Origin: a virus
Taxonomy: Duplodnaviria; Heunggongvirae; Uroviricota; Caudoviricetes
IMG/VR virus record: IMGVR_UViG_2778261545_000003
Direction: 5' to 3' (one strand)
DNA: 37,682 bases
The position numbers and the translations under genes were made by a program. This document shows, piece after piece, positions 18,138 through 26,960 of the stretch. Position 1 is the stretch's first letter; each line of letters begins with the position of its first letter. Under the pieces are notes generated by a model that saw nothing but the letters and a program-made list of their open reading frames with translations, made no database searches and had not been told where the DNA came from.

Positions 18138-18353
18138 ATGACGCTTGAGCGAATCAGCGCCTTTATCACGTATTGCATCGCCGTCGTGCTGGCCTGGCTG
18201 GGCGATTTGTCCATCAAGGATGCCTCAACGCTGGGCGGCCTGATGATTGGTGTACTGATGCTGGCTATCAACTGGTACTACAAACACAAAGCCTACCAGC
18301 TTCTGCGCGACGGGCAGATCTCGCGGGAGGACTATGAATCCATCAATCGTTAA
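18138..18353 (+). CDS. Y: Holin (two-TMD, pinholin-like)
   Basis: 71 aa with two hydrophobic helices and a charged C-terminus; immediately precedes the endolysin. Confidence 0.65.
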   Translation: MTLERISAFITYCIAVVLAWLGDLSIKDASTLGGLMIGVLMLAINWYYKHKAYQLLRDGQISREDYESINR

Positions 18354-18846
18354 ACGCTGCCTTGTCGGGGCCGTGCTGGCTATTGCTGCCACGCTGCCGG
18401 GTTTTCAGCAGCTTCACACCTCCGTGGAGGGGCTGAAACTGATTGCTGATTACGAAGGCTGTCGTCTGCAGCCGTATCAGTGCAGCGCGGGTGTCTGGAC
18501 CGACGGCATTGGTAATACGTCGGGCGTCATTCCCGGCAAAACCATTACGGAGCGACAGGCAGCAGAAGGGCTGATCTCCAACGTGCTGCGTGTGGAGCGG
18601 GCGCTGGAAAGGTGTGTGAAGCAACAGCCGCCGCAGAAGGTGTATGACGCTGCGGTGTCGTTTGCCTTCAACGTGGGAACGGGCAATGCCTGCAGTTCCA
18701 CACTGGTGAAATTACTCAATCAGCGGCGCTGGGCGGATGCGTGCCGACAGTTGCCGCGCTGGGTTTATGTGAAAGGTGTTTTTAATCAGGGGCTGGATAA
18801 CCGCCGTGCGCGGGAGATGGCCTGGTGCTTACAGGGAGCAAACTGA
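18334..18846 (+). CDS. K: Endolysin (GH24-type lysozyme) with N-terminal SAR-like signal-anchor
   Basis: 170 aa; N-terminal hydrophobic KRCLVGAVLAIAATLPGF followed by a lysozyme-like domain; GGGAGG RBS. Confidence 0.8.
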   Translation: MNPSIVKRCLVGAVLAIAATLPGFQQLHTSVEGLKLIADYEGCRLQPYQCSAGVWTDGIGNTSGVIPGKTITERQAAEGLISNVLRVERALERCVKQQPPQKVYDAAVSFAFNVGTGNACSSTLVKLLNQRRWADACRQLPRWVYVKGVFNQGLDNRRAREMAWCLQGAN

Positions 18847-18847
18847 A

Positions 18848-19225
18848 ATGAAAAAGAAAGTAATCAGCGGGCTGTTTCTGATGTTATGGATGGCGCTGTT
18901 GATCGCAGCAATGGTGTATCCACAGGGGATTTTTCCGGTACTGGCAGCGTCCGGTGTCTGGGTAGCCTGTCTGCTGACATGGGCGGTAATTCCGGTAGCA
19001 CTGGCTGCGTTAATTAAGAACGGCCCGCTCTGGCAGGAGTTGAGGGCATCTTTGCTAAAGACCATTACCCGAAAAGAAAACGTATTTATCAGCTGGGTGA
19101 TGCGATTGCTGATTGTCGTAAGTTTCGCCTGGACGGGGTGGGCTATTACCCTGGTCTTTTATCTGCTGACCGTTATTGCCTTCTGGATGATCCGTAATCA
19201 GATTGCGCAACAGGTAGCAGCATGA
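18848..19225 (+). CDS. lysA: LysA-like membrane protein (lysis timing)
   Basis: About 125-aa polytopic membrane protein after the endolysin; GGGAG RBS before ATG 18848. Confidence 0.6.
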   Translation: MKKKVISGLFLMLWMALLIAAMVYPQGIFPVLAASGVWVACLLTWAVIPVALAALIKNGPLWQELRASLLKTITRKENVFISWVMRLLIVVSFAWTGWAITLVFYLLTVIAFWMIRNQIAQQVAA

Positions 19226-19650
19226 ACCGGTTGCTGCTGGTTGTGCTGGCGTTATTACTGGCGGCGCTGGGCTGGCAGACGTGGCGGCTGGCTGATGCCA
19301 GCCAGACCATCAGCACGCAGGCAGACGAGCTTCGGAGCAAAAGCCAGGCACTGGCAAAGAGCAACAGCCAGCTTATCAGCCTGTCCATTCTGACTGAAAC
19401 CAATAACCGGGAGCAGGCGCGGCTCTATGCCGAAGCAGAACAGACCAGTGTACTGCTGAGACAACGACAACACCGGATTGAGGAACTGAAACGTGAGAAC
19501 GAGGATTTACGCCGCTGGGCTGATACTCCTTTGCCTGCTGACATTATCCGGCTGCGGGAACGCCCCACACTCACCGGAGGTGCAGCTTACCGTCAGTGGT
19601 TGTCCGCGAGTGACGCCGTGTCGGCTGGGGCAGGCAGCGCCGCGCACTAA
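19222..19650 (+). CDS. lysB: LysB (Rz-like i-spanin)
   Basis: 142 aa with N-terminal TM anchor and coiled-coil periplasmic domain. Confidence 0.7.
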   Translation: MNRLLLVVLALLLAALGWQTWRLADASQTISTQADELRSKSQALAKSNSQLISLSILTETNNREQARLYAEAEQTSVLLRQRQHRIEELKRENEDLRRWADTPLPADIIRLRERPTLTGGAAYRQWLSASDAVSAGAGSAAH

Positions 19651-19783
19651 CGGTGACCTGAACGCGTTGCTGGATGAAACGGAGGCCGCCTGGGCGGTCT
19701 GTGCAGACAAAGTGGACATGATTATTGCGTGTCAGGAGCGAAACAGTGAACAAACCACAATCCCTGCGCCACGCCCTCAATAA
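19493..19783 (+). CDS. lysC: LysC (Rz1-like o-spanin lipoprotein), starting inside lysB in another frame
   Basis: Signal peptide with lipobox LTLSGC; overlaps the 3' part of lysB and extends beyond it, as in P2. Confidence 0.65.
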   Translation: MRTRIYAAGLILLCLLTLSGCGNAPHSPEVQLTVSGCPRVTPCRLGQAAPRTNGDLNALLDETEAAWAVCADKVDMIIACQERNSEQTTIPAPRPQ

Positions 19784-20177
19784 AGCGGTGCCTTATGTCC
19801 GCAATAACCCGGACAAACTGCATCTGTTTGTGGATAACGGTTCGCTGGTTGCCACGGGGGCCAGCTCCATGTCATGGGAGTACCGCTATACCCTGAACGT
19901 GGTGATAGAGGATTTCAGCGGCGACCAGAATCTGCTGATGGCCCCGGTTTTACTGTGGCTTCGGGATAACCAGCCCGATGCCATCAATAACCCGGCGTTA
20001 CGGGAAAAGCTATTCACCTTTGAGGTGGATATTTTGCGCAACGATGTCTGTGATATCAGCCTTAACCTGCAACTGACGGAACGTGTGCTGGTCAGTACTG
20101 ACGGCAGTGTGTCGAGCGTTGAAGCTGTAGCAGAACCCGATGAACCTGAAGAAATGTGGACGGTGAAACGTGGCTGA
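19745..20177 (+). CDS. R: Tail completion protein R
   Basis: P2 gpR-like ORF; likely GTG start at 19745 with AGGAG RBS (the track ORF starts at 19725). Confidence 0.7.
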
Positions 20178-20616
20178 ACTGCAGAAGGTGGACGACTGGC
20201 TGAGTGCCTTGCTGGCGAATCTGGAACCAGCCACGAGAAGCCGCATGATGCGCCAACTGGCGCAGGAACTGCGCCGGACACAGCAGCAGAATATCAGGAT
20301 GCAGCGCAATCCAGATGGCAGCAGTTATGAACCGCGCAGGGTAACAGCACGCAGCAAAAAAGGCCGCATCAAACGTCAGATGTTTGCAAAGCTGCGCACC
20401 ACAAAATACCTGAAAACTGCCGCCAGCGCCGACTCTGCCAGCGTACAGTTTGAAGGCAAGGTGCAGCGTATTGCCCGTGTTCACCATTACGGCCTGCGCG
20501 ATCGTGTCAGTCGCAAAGGACCGGAAGTGCGTTATGCAGAGCGGCGGTTGCTTGGTATCAATAACAAGATGCAGTCTGTCATTGGAGATATATTGCATCA
20601 GTGGCTGTTTAAATGA
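20170..20616 (+). CDS. S: Tail completion / virion morphogenesis protein S
   Basis: 148-aa ORF, P2 gpS position. Confidence 0.8.
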   Translation: MAELQKVDDWLSALLANLEPATRSRMMRQLAQELRRTQQQNIRMQRNPDGSSYEPRRVTARSKKGRIKRQMFAKLRTTKYLKTAASADSASVQFEGKVQRIARVHHYGLRDRVSRKGPEVRYAERRLLGINNKMQSVIGDILHQWLFK

Positions 20617-20660
20617 GTCAACTAATTTGGTTAATCTAATTTATTCGTTGTTAACGAATA

Positions 20661-21476
20661 TCATATTTTTAATTTTTTATGGATATGCTCCATCCCTAAA
20701 TTAGATATCTCTTTTTTTAGCTGGGTTTCACTTGCAGTTATCCAGTTTTTTCCACAGTTTGGTAGAAGCATCTCGCTACTTGACGGATTGATAAGTTTTA
20801 CTTTTTCATTCTTTATAATTTTGTTTTTCAAATAACTTTTACTTATTAAGGCTGATTTTTCAGTTATAACGAGATAAAAAAATATGCTTCCAAAAAATAT
20901 ACCTTTTAAAATAATACCGCTGCGTAACAGAACAGGGTCATTTTTGGTTATTCTCATTTTAAAGGGAGAGCAAAGGTTGTCTTCACTTGTAGGTATATTA
21001 AGTTCACTTTTTTGCTCGTCAGTAAGTTTAAGAGGCATGAGCAGTCCAGCGAAGAGCATGACATCTTTTTCTGAAGGCAAAGGTTCTCCGCGGAGAATAT
21101 AATCTTTATATGCGCCAAAAATATGTGTCGATGGATCATTGACCGCGCTTGCCGAGTTGTAAGAAATTTTCATTAACCAGCGTAGCAATAAATGATAATC
21201 ATAAGTTATAGTCGTTTGTGTCTTTAGATAAAGTTGGGTTAAGAAACCGTTTCTGGCTAAAAACTGACTTCCATAATCATCTAAAAAACTTAATGCTCCA
21301 CCATTGCATGTTTTACAAACATCGGCAATTGTTGCCTCACCACCAATTATATCATTTGCTCTCTCGTTCCAGCCTATAAAACGATCTCCAGATTCTTTTT
21401 GATATTTATATATAAATTTAGGGATAATATGTTCTCTTTCTATTATTCCATCTTGCTCGCAATATCTGCAGTGCAT
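20661..21476 (-). CDS. Cargo protein with N-terminal HNH-like (His-Me finger) nuclease motif
   Basis: 271 aa; CRYCEQ...EHIIPKF...GG...CKTCNGG arrangement typical of HNH endonucleases; strongly AT-rich, opposite strand, inserted between S and the V late promoter. Confidence 0.55.
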   Translation of the reverse strand: MHCRYCEQDGIIEREHIIPKFIYKYQKESGDRFIGWNERANDIIGGEATIADVCKTCNGGALSFLDDYGSQFLARNGFLTQLYLKTQTTITYDYHLLLRWLMKISYNSASAVNDPSTHIFGAYKDYILRGEPLPSEKDVMLFAGLLMPLKLTDEQKSELNIPTSEDNLCSPFKMRITKNDPVLLRSGIILKGIFFGSIFFYLVITEKSALISKSYLKNKIIKNEKVKLINPSSSEMLLPNCGKNWITASETQLKKEISNLGMEHIHKKLKI

Positions 21477-21520
21477 TATTTTCTCCGTTGATTTTATTTA
21501 TCGTTAATTTTCAGTTGTAA

Positions 21521-21538
21521 TGTGCCATCCATCATACA
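21521..21538 (+). promoter_or_regulatory. P2-type late promoter activator site (TGT-N12-ACA) upstream of V
   Basis: TGTgccatccatcatACA, 46 bp upstream of the V start codon. Confidence 0.55.
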
Positions 21539-21583
21539 ACGGTATGTTATCGACTGAAATTCCATTTAGTTTAACATTTTTAC

Positions 21584-22162
21584 ATGAACGCACAATTAAC
21601 CGAAATCATGCGCCTTATCACCAACCTGATCCGCACTGGGGTAGTCACCGAAGTGGACAGGGAAAACTGGCTTTGCCGGGTGAAAACGGGCGAGCTTGAA
21701 ACTAACTGGATCAGTTGGCTGACGCTGCGTGCAGGAAATGCCCGGACATGGTGGCGACCATCGGAAGGTGAGCAGGTGGTGCTGCTGAGTCTGGGCGGTA
21801 ATCTGGAAACCGCGTTTGCCCTGCCTGCGGTCTACTCAAACCAGTTTCCGCCACCTTCAGGCTCTGAGGACGGCAACGTGACGGAATACCCGGACGGCGG
21901 CTGGTTTGAATACGAACCCGCCACCGGGCGCTGGTATGTCAGGGGCATCAAATCAATGGTCATTGAGGCCGCTGACAATATCACCCTGAAAACCAGTGTG
22001 TTTGTGCTGGAGGCTGACCGCACGCGTATTAACAGCGAAGTGGTGATTAATGGTGGCGTTACCCAGGGCGGCGGAGCGATGAGCTCTAACGGGATTGTGG
22101 TTGATGCGCATCAGCATACTGGCGTCCTGAAAGGCGGCGATACAACCGGAGGCCCGGTATGA
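21584..22162 (+). CDS. V: Baseplate spike protein V
   Basis: 192-aa ORF, P2 gpV-like. Confidence 0.85.
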   Translation: MNAQLTEIMRLITNLIRTGVVTEVDRENWLCRVKTGELETNWISWLTLRAGNARTWWRPSEGEQVVLLSLGGNLETAFALPAVYSNQFPPPSGSEDGNVTEYPDGGWFEYEPATGRWYVRGIKSMVIEAADNITLKTSVFVLEADRTRINSEVVINGGVTQGGGAMSSNGIVVDAHQHTGVLKGGDTTGGPV

Positions 22163-22518
22163 CGCTTTATAGCGGGATGAACAATACCAGCGGCAAAGTC
22201 ATTACTGATATTGATCATCTGCGCCAGTCGGTGCGGGACATTCTGCTGACACCGCAGGGTAGCCGTATTGCCCGCCGTGAATATGGTTCCCTGCTGTCGG
22301 CACTGATAGACCAGCCACAAAATCCGGCGTTACGCCTGCAGGTCATGTCGGCAGTGTATGTGGCGCTGAGTCGCTGGGAGCCACGGCTGACGTTGGATTC
22401 CATCACCATCAACAGCTATTTTGACGGTTCAATGGTGGTGGAGCTGAGCGGGCGGCGTAATAACGGTGTGCCTGTTTCCCTTTCCGTATCAACAGGAGCA
22501 GAGAATGGCAGTGATTGA
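22159..22518 (+). CDS. W: Baseplate protein W
   Basis: 119-aa ORF overlapping V stop; P2 gpW position. Confidence 0.8.
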   Translation: MTLYSGMNNTSGKVITDIDHLRQSVRDILLTPQGSRIARREYGSLLSALIDQPQNPALRLQVMSAVYVALSRWEPRLTLDSITINSYFDGSMVVELSGRRNNGVPVSLSVSTGAENGSD

Positions 22519-23413
22519 CCTTTCGCAGTTGCCTGCGCCGCAGATTGTGGATGTGCCGGACTTTGAGATGCTGCTTGCCGAACGCAAGGCCGAATTTGTT
22601 GCGCTTCATCCGAAAGATGAGCAGGAAGCAGTGATCCGCACGCTGGAACTGGAATCTGAACCCGTCACCAAATTGCTGCAGGAGAACGCTTACCGTGAGT
22701 TGCTTCTGCGCCAGCGCATTAACGAAGCCGCGCAGGCTGTGATGGTGGCTTACGCGATGGGCAGCGATCTTGACCAGCTCGCTGCCAACTACAACGTGAA
22801 ACGCCTGACGGTGACGCCTGCTGATAATAACGCTGTGCCGCCCGTTGCAGCTGTGATGGAAAGCGATGAAGCGTTACGCCTGCGTGTGCCTGCAGCCTTT
22901 GAAGGGCTTTCAGTTGCGGGGCCAACTGCAGCTTATGAATTTCATGCCCGAAGCGCCGACGGTCGGGTGGCGGATGCCAGTGCAACCAGCCCGGCACCTG
23001 CAGAGGTGGTGCTGACTGTCCTTAGCCGCGAAGGCGATGGAACTGCAGAAAAAGACCTGCTGGACGTGGTGGAAAAAGCTCTGAACAGTGAGAACGTCCG
23101 CCCGGTGGCTGACCGTCTTACGGTTCGCAGCGCAGAAATCATCCCGTATCGCGTGGAAGCCACCATTTTTCTCTATCCGGGACCGGAAGCAGAGCCGGTA
23201 ATGGCAGCGGCAAAAGCCAGCCTGCAGAAGTACATCGCCAGTCAGACGCGTCTTGGTCGGGATATTCGCCGTAGCGCCATCTTTGCCGCCCTGCATGTTG
23301 AGGGTGTGCAGCGTGTGGAGCTGGCTTCTCCTCTGGCGGATGTGGTCCTGAACAAAACACAGGCGGCATCATGTACGCAGTGGAGCGTAACCAACGGAGG
23401 AACGGATGAATAG
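22505..23413 (+). CDS. J: Baseplate protein J
   Basis: ATG at 22505 with AGGAG RBS; P2 gpJ position. Confidence 0.8.
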   Translation: MAVIDLSQLPAPQIVDVPDFEMLLAERKAEFVALHPKDEQEAVIRTLELESEPVTKLLQENAYRELLLRQRINEAAQAVMVAYAMGSDLDQLAANYNVKRLTVTPADNNAVPPVAAVMESDEALRLRVPAAFEGLSVAGPTAAYEFHARSADGRVADASATSPAPAEVVLTVLSREGDGTAEKDLLDVVEKALNSENVRPVADRLTVRSAEIIPYRVEATIFLYPGPEAEPVMAAAKASLQKYIASQTRLGRDIRRSAIFAALHVEGVQRVELASPLADVVLNKTQAASCTQWSVTNGGTDE

Positions 23414-24011
23414 TCTGCTGCCACCGGGTTCAACACCACTGGAGCGCCGACTGGCGCAAACCTGCAGCGGGATTTCTGATCTGCAGGTGCCGCTTCGTGA
23501 CTTGTGGAATCCGGCAACCTGTCCGGTCAGTTTCCTGCCTTATCTCGCCTGGGCGTTCTCTGTGGATCGCTGGGACGAGGGCTGGACAGAAAGCGTCAAG
23601 CGCCAGGTGGTGAAGGATGCTTTTTATATTCATCAGCATAAAGGGACCACCAGTGCCGTGCGGCGGGTGGTGGAGCCGTTCGGCTTTCTGATCCGCATTA
23701 TTGAGTGGTGGCAGACCGGAGAGGCACCGGGCACGTTTCGCCTGGATATCGGCGTGCAGGACCAGGGCATCACTGAAGATACCTATCTGGAACTTGAGCG
23801 ACTGATAAGCGATGCCAAACCATGTAGCCGTCACATGATCGGCATGTCCATCAATCTGCAGACCAGCGGCCCGCATTGGGTGGGAGCCGCCAGCTATCTT
23901 GGCGAAGAAATCACGATCTATCCGTATATCAACGAAACGATTATTTCCGGTGGCACCGCGCATGAAGGCGGGGCGGTCCATGTTATTGACACAATGAGAG
24001 TGAATCCATGA
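23406..24011 (+). CDS. I: Baseplate/tail-fibre attachment protein I
   Basis: 201-aa ORF, P2 gpI position. Confidence 0.8.
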   Translation: MNSLLPPGSTPLERRLAQTCSGISDLQVPLRDLWNPATCPVSFLPYLAWAFSVDRWDEGWTESVKRQVVKDAFYIHQHKGTTSAVRRVVEPFGFLIRIIEWWQTGEAPGTFRLDIGVQDQGITEDTYLELERLISDAKPCSRHMIGMSINLQTSGPHWVGAASYLGEEITIYPYINETIISGGTAHEGGAVHVIDTMRVNP

Positions 24012-25405
24012 GCACAAAATTTTATACCCTGCTGACGGATATTGGCGCGGCGAAACTTGCCAGCGCCGCCGCGCTCGGTGTGCCGCTAAAAATTACCCAT
24101 ATGGCGGTGGGCGATGGCGGCGGAGTATTGCCAACGCCGGACGCAAAGCAGACGGCACTGGTAAATGAGAAACGCCGGGCTGCGCTGAATATGCTTTATA
24201 TCGACCCGCAGAATAGCAGCCAGATTATTGCTGAACAGGTGATCCCTGAAAACGAGGGCGGTTGGTGGATACGTGAAGTGGGCCTGTTTGATGAGTCCGG
24301 GGCATTGATTGCCGTGGGCAACTGCCCGGAAAGCTATAAGCCGCAACTGGCTGAAGGCAGCGGGCGCACCCAGACCGTGCGCATGGTGCTCATTACCAGC
24401 AGTACGGACAATATCACCCTGAAAATCGACCCTGCTGTAGTGCTGGCAACCCGTAAATACGTGGATGATGAAGTCCTGGAATTAAAGCTGTATGTGGATG
24501 ACCAGATGAGAAACCACATTGCCGCACAAGATCCTCATACCCAGTATGCGCAGAAACATAATCCGACATTTACCGGAGAACCAAAAGCGCCGACGCCTGC
24601 AGCAGGAAATAACACCACGCGGATTGCGACCACTGAGTTTGTTCAGGCCGCTATTACTGCTCTGATTAACGATGCGCCAGCCACGCTGGACACACTGAAA
24701 GAAATTGCCGCAGCCATTAACAATGACCCGAAATTCAGTACCACCATTAACAATGCGCTGGCACTAAAAGCACCGCTGTCGAGTCCGGCACTCACCGGAA
24801 CGCCAACAGCACCTACTGCGGCACAGTCGGTCAACAATACACAGATTGCCACTACAGCTTTTGTGAAATCAGCGATTGCAGCAATGGTGGGTTCTGCACC
24901 TGCGGCACTGGATACACTGAACGAACTGGCGGCGGCACTGGGGAATGATCCGAACTTTGCCACGACAATGCTTAATGCGCTGGCAGGTAAACAACCGCTG
25001 GACAATACGCTTACCAATTTGAGTGGAAAGGATGTAGCTGGTCTTCTCGCATACCTTGGTTTGGGAGAATTATCTCTGGCTGGCACTGCATCGGGTGTCA
25101 TTGGTCTGAATGGGTATGTAACGATTCCGTTAATTATTTCAGGTTCCCGGAGAACACTGATTATTCAGTGGGGGCAGGCGAGATTTGGTGGGTCTGGTGG
25201 TGAAGATGCCGGATATCTTAATGATTTTCCTTTTGCCTTTCCGTCAGCATGTTATGGAATGATAGTTAGTCATGTGGGGCATACACCTTCAGGCGCAGGA
25301 ATCCTGTCGGCTTCTGCAATTACATCAAATCAGTTCCGCGGTTTTTCAAGCATAGCGACTGCTGCAAACGCTGTATTAGGTCGTTATATCGCTATAGGGG
25401 TGTAA
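24008..25405 (+). CDS. H: Tail fibre protein H (constant N-terminus plus currently expressed variable C-terminus)
   Basis: 465 aa; N-terminal region resembles P2 gpH (MAVGDGGG, ESYKP.LAEGSGR, NELAAALGNDPNFATTM.NALAGKQP); C-terminal third lies inside the invertible segment. Confidence 0.85.
   Translation: MSTKFYTLLTDIGAAKLASAAALGVPLKITHMAVGDGGGVLPTPDAKQTALVNEKRRAALNMLYIDPQNSSQIIAEQVIPENEGGWWIREVGLFDESGALIAVGNCPESYKPQLAEGSGRTQTVRMVLITSSTDNITLKIDPAVVLATRKYVDDEVLELKLYVDDQMRNHIAAQDPHTQYAQKHNPTFTGEPKAPTPAAGNNTTRIATTEFVQAAITALINDAPATLDTLKEIAAAINNDPKFSTTINNALALKAPLSSPALTGTPTAPTAAQSVNNTQIATTAFVKSAIAAMVGSAPAALDTLNELAAALGNDPNFATTMLNALAGKQPLDNTLTNLSGKDVAGLLAYLGLGELSLAGTASGVIGLNGYVTIPLIISGSRRTLIIQWGQARFGGSGGEDAGYLNDFPFAFPSACYGMIVSHVGHTPSGAGILSASAITSNQFRGFSSIATAANAVLGRYIAIGV
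25044..25069. repeat. Left crossover site of invertible tail-fibre segment (gix/hix-like)
   Basis: TTCTCGCATACCTTGGTTTGGGAGAA; inverted copy at 26886..26911 (19 of 26 identical, TTGGTTT core conserved); both fall on a shared GLGE peptide junction. Confidence 0.6.
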
Positions 25406-25406
25406 T

Positions 25407-25844
25407 ATGTTTTATAGTCCATCTTTAAACATTTTTGTGAATCCTGCACTTAAGGATGATTACATTAATGCAAATTCATGGCCAGATGATGCTCTGGCTG
25501 TCAGTGATGATGTTTATAATGAATTTGCAGTCAATACGCCTCCAGATGACAAAATTCGTGTTGCAGGAAAAAATGGATTACCCACATGGGCACTAATACC
25601 TCCACCATCGCATGAAGAACTTATTCAACAGGCAGAATCAGAAAGGCAATTATTGCTTAATCAGGCCAACGAATACATGAACAGTAAGCAATGGCCTGGC
25701 AAAGCAGCTATTGGTCGTCTGAAAGGTGAGGAACTGGCGCAATATAATTTGTGGCTGGATTATCTGGACGCACTGGAACTGGTCGATACTTCCGGTGCGC
25801 CAGATATTGAATGGCCTACGCCTCCGGCAGTTCAGGCCAGATGA
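25407..25844 (+). CDS. G: Tail fibre assembly chaperone G (cognate to current H C-terminus)
   Basis: 145-aa ORF following H; tail-fibre-assembly-like C-terminus (DIEWPTPP). Confidence 0.75.
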   Translation: MFYSPSLNIFVNPALKDDYINANSWPDDALAVSDDVYNEFAVNTPPDDKIRVAGKNGLPTWALIPPPSHEELIQQAESERQLLLNQANEYMNSKQWPGKAAIGRLKGEELAQYNLWLDYLDALELVDTSGAPDIEWPTPPAVQAR

Positions 25845-26418
25845 CGTCCGGCGCTGTGCTGGTATCTGTTGCCGTCACCACGTCAATGTAATCCAGCACA
25901 GTGTTAAGGCGGGTTGTTTCTGCCTGCGTCAGCTTCCGTCCGGCCTGTAATTTCAGTTGAATCAGACTGATGGAGGCCATTGCAGTATCAATCAGCGACT
26001 GGCGCTGTGCTTCTGCTGCATCTACTGCTGCGCCGTGCTGTGCCTCAGTATCGGTCACCCATTTCTCACCATCCCATTTATCGTATGGCGTTAACGGGGC
26101 GATAGTGGTTGTATTTTCAGGGTAATCACCCGGAGTTGTGATTTCTTTGGCTTCTCCCGTTTCGGTGTTATAGACGATTTCACCGCGATGGTCTGGCACA
26201 TATTCCCATGAGTTAAAATCTGCAGAACGGCAGATAGCATAACCAGCCTTATATGTGCCTGGTGAATCTAAACAGGAATATGCCGGGATACCAACACCAA
26301 CGGCAAGATATTCATTTGAAGTGGAAATATATTCCCGTGTTTCACCATCATAGTTATAGACGGTAATATTCCCTGCCTTCGTGGCAATAATCTCGCTATT
26401 TAATACAGCGTTATCCAT
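25816..26418 (-). CDS. Alternative tail fibre assembly chaperone (G-prime, inverted orientation)
   Basis: 200-aa ORF on the opposite strand, tail-to-tail with G, shared C-terminal motif (DVIWPELPEA). Confidence 0.7.
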   Translation of the reverse strand: MDNAVLNSEIIATKAGNITVYNYDGETREYISTSNEYLAVGVGIPAYSCLDSPGTYKAGYAICRSADFNSWEYVPDHRGEIVYNTETGEAKEITTPGDYPENTTTIAPLTPYDKWDGEKWVTDTEAQHGAAVDAAEAQRQSLIDTAMASISLIQLKLQAGRKLTQAETTRLNTVLDYIDVVTATDTSTAPDVIWPELPEA

Positions 26419-26898
26419 TATGCAGCCCTCACAATATAATTAAAGGCAATGTTACGTGGGCGGTTCTCATTTGCGGTTGGGACAACGGCTGAAGCATTAA
26501 AATTCGCATACAGGGAGCGTTGATACCCGGATGCTGATGCACCACTTAATGCGGGAGCTTTTGACTCCGAAGCCGAAAAGGCCCCTGACACGTATCCTAA
26601 TAACCCTTGTGAATCGCCAATTGAACTGTAGCCAACCACCCCGGTAATGTTTCGGATAGCATCTCCTTGTGCTGAAAGCAGAGTTCGCCCACTATCCACT
26701 CCCTTTTCACCATCCCAGCCACGAATAAACTCACCGCGTAAATCAGGCAATTTTAACGTCGGGTAAGCCTTTGCCAGATTAGGGTAATCTTCAGCAGAAA
26801 AAGCCGCACCGTTGCATTTCAGCCAGCCTGTTGGCGGTGTGGCTGAAGGCCATGGAACAGGCACACCAACAGGCAGCGCAGAGCCTTCCCCTAAACCA
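26418..26898 (-). other. Silent alternative tail-fibre C-terminal cassette (H-prime variable region)
   Basis: Minus-strand reading frame with tail-fibre-tip-like sequence (LPDLRGEFIRGWDG); upstream junction GLGE coincides with the right crossover site; no promoter of its own. Confidence 0.65.
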
Positions 26899-26911
26899 AC
26901 GTTTAAGAAAA
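26886..26911. repeat. Right crossover site of invertible tail-fibre segment
   Basis: TTCCCCTAAACCAACGTTTAAGAAAA, similar to the Gin/Hin site consensus (AAACC-NN-GGTTT core). Confidence 0.6.
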
Positions 26912-26960
26912 TGCAGAGGTAACAGCTAACTGGCATCATCTCCGGTTTTTATTCAGGGGA

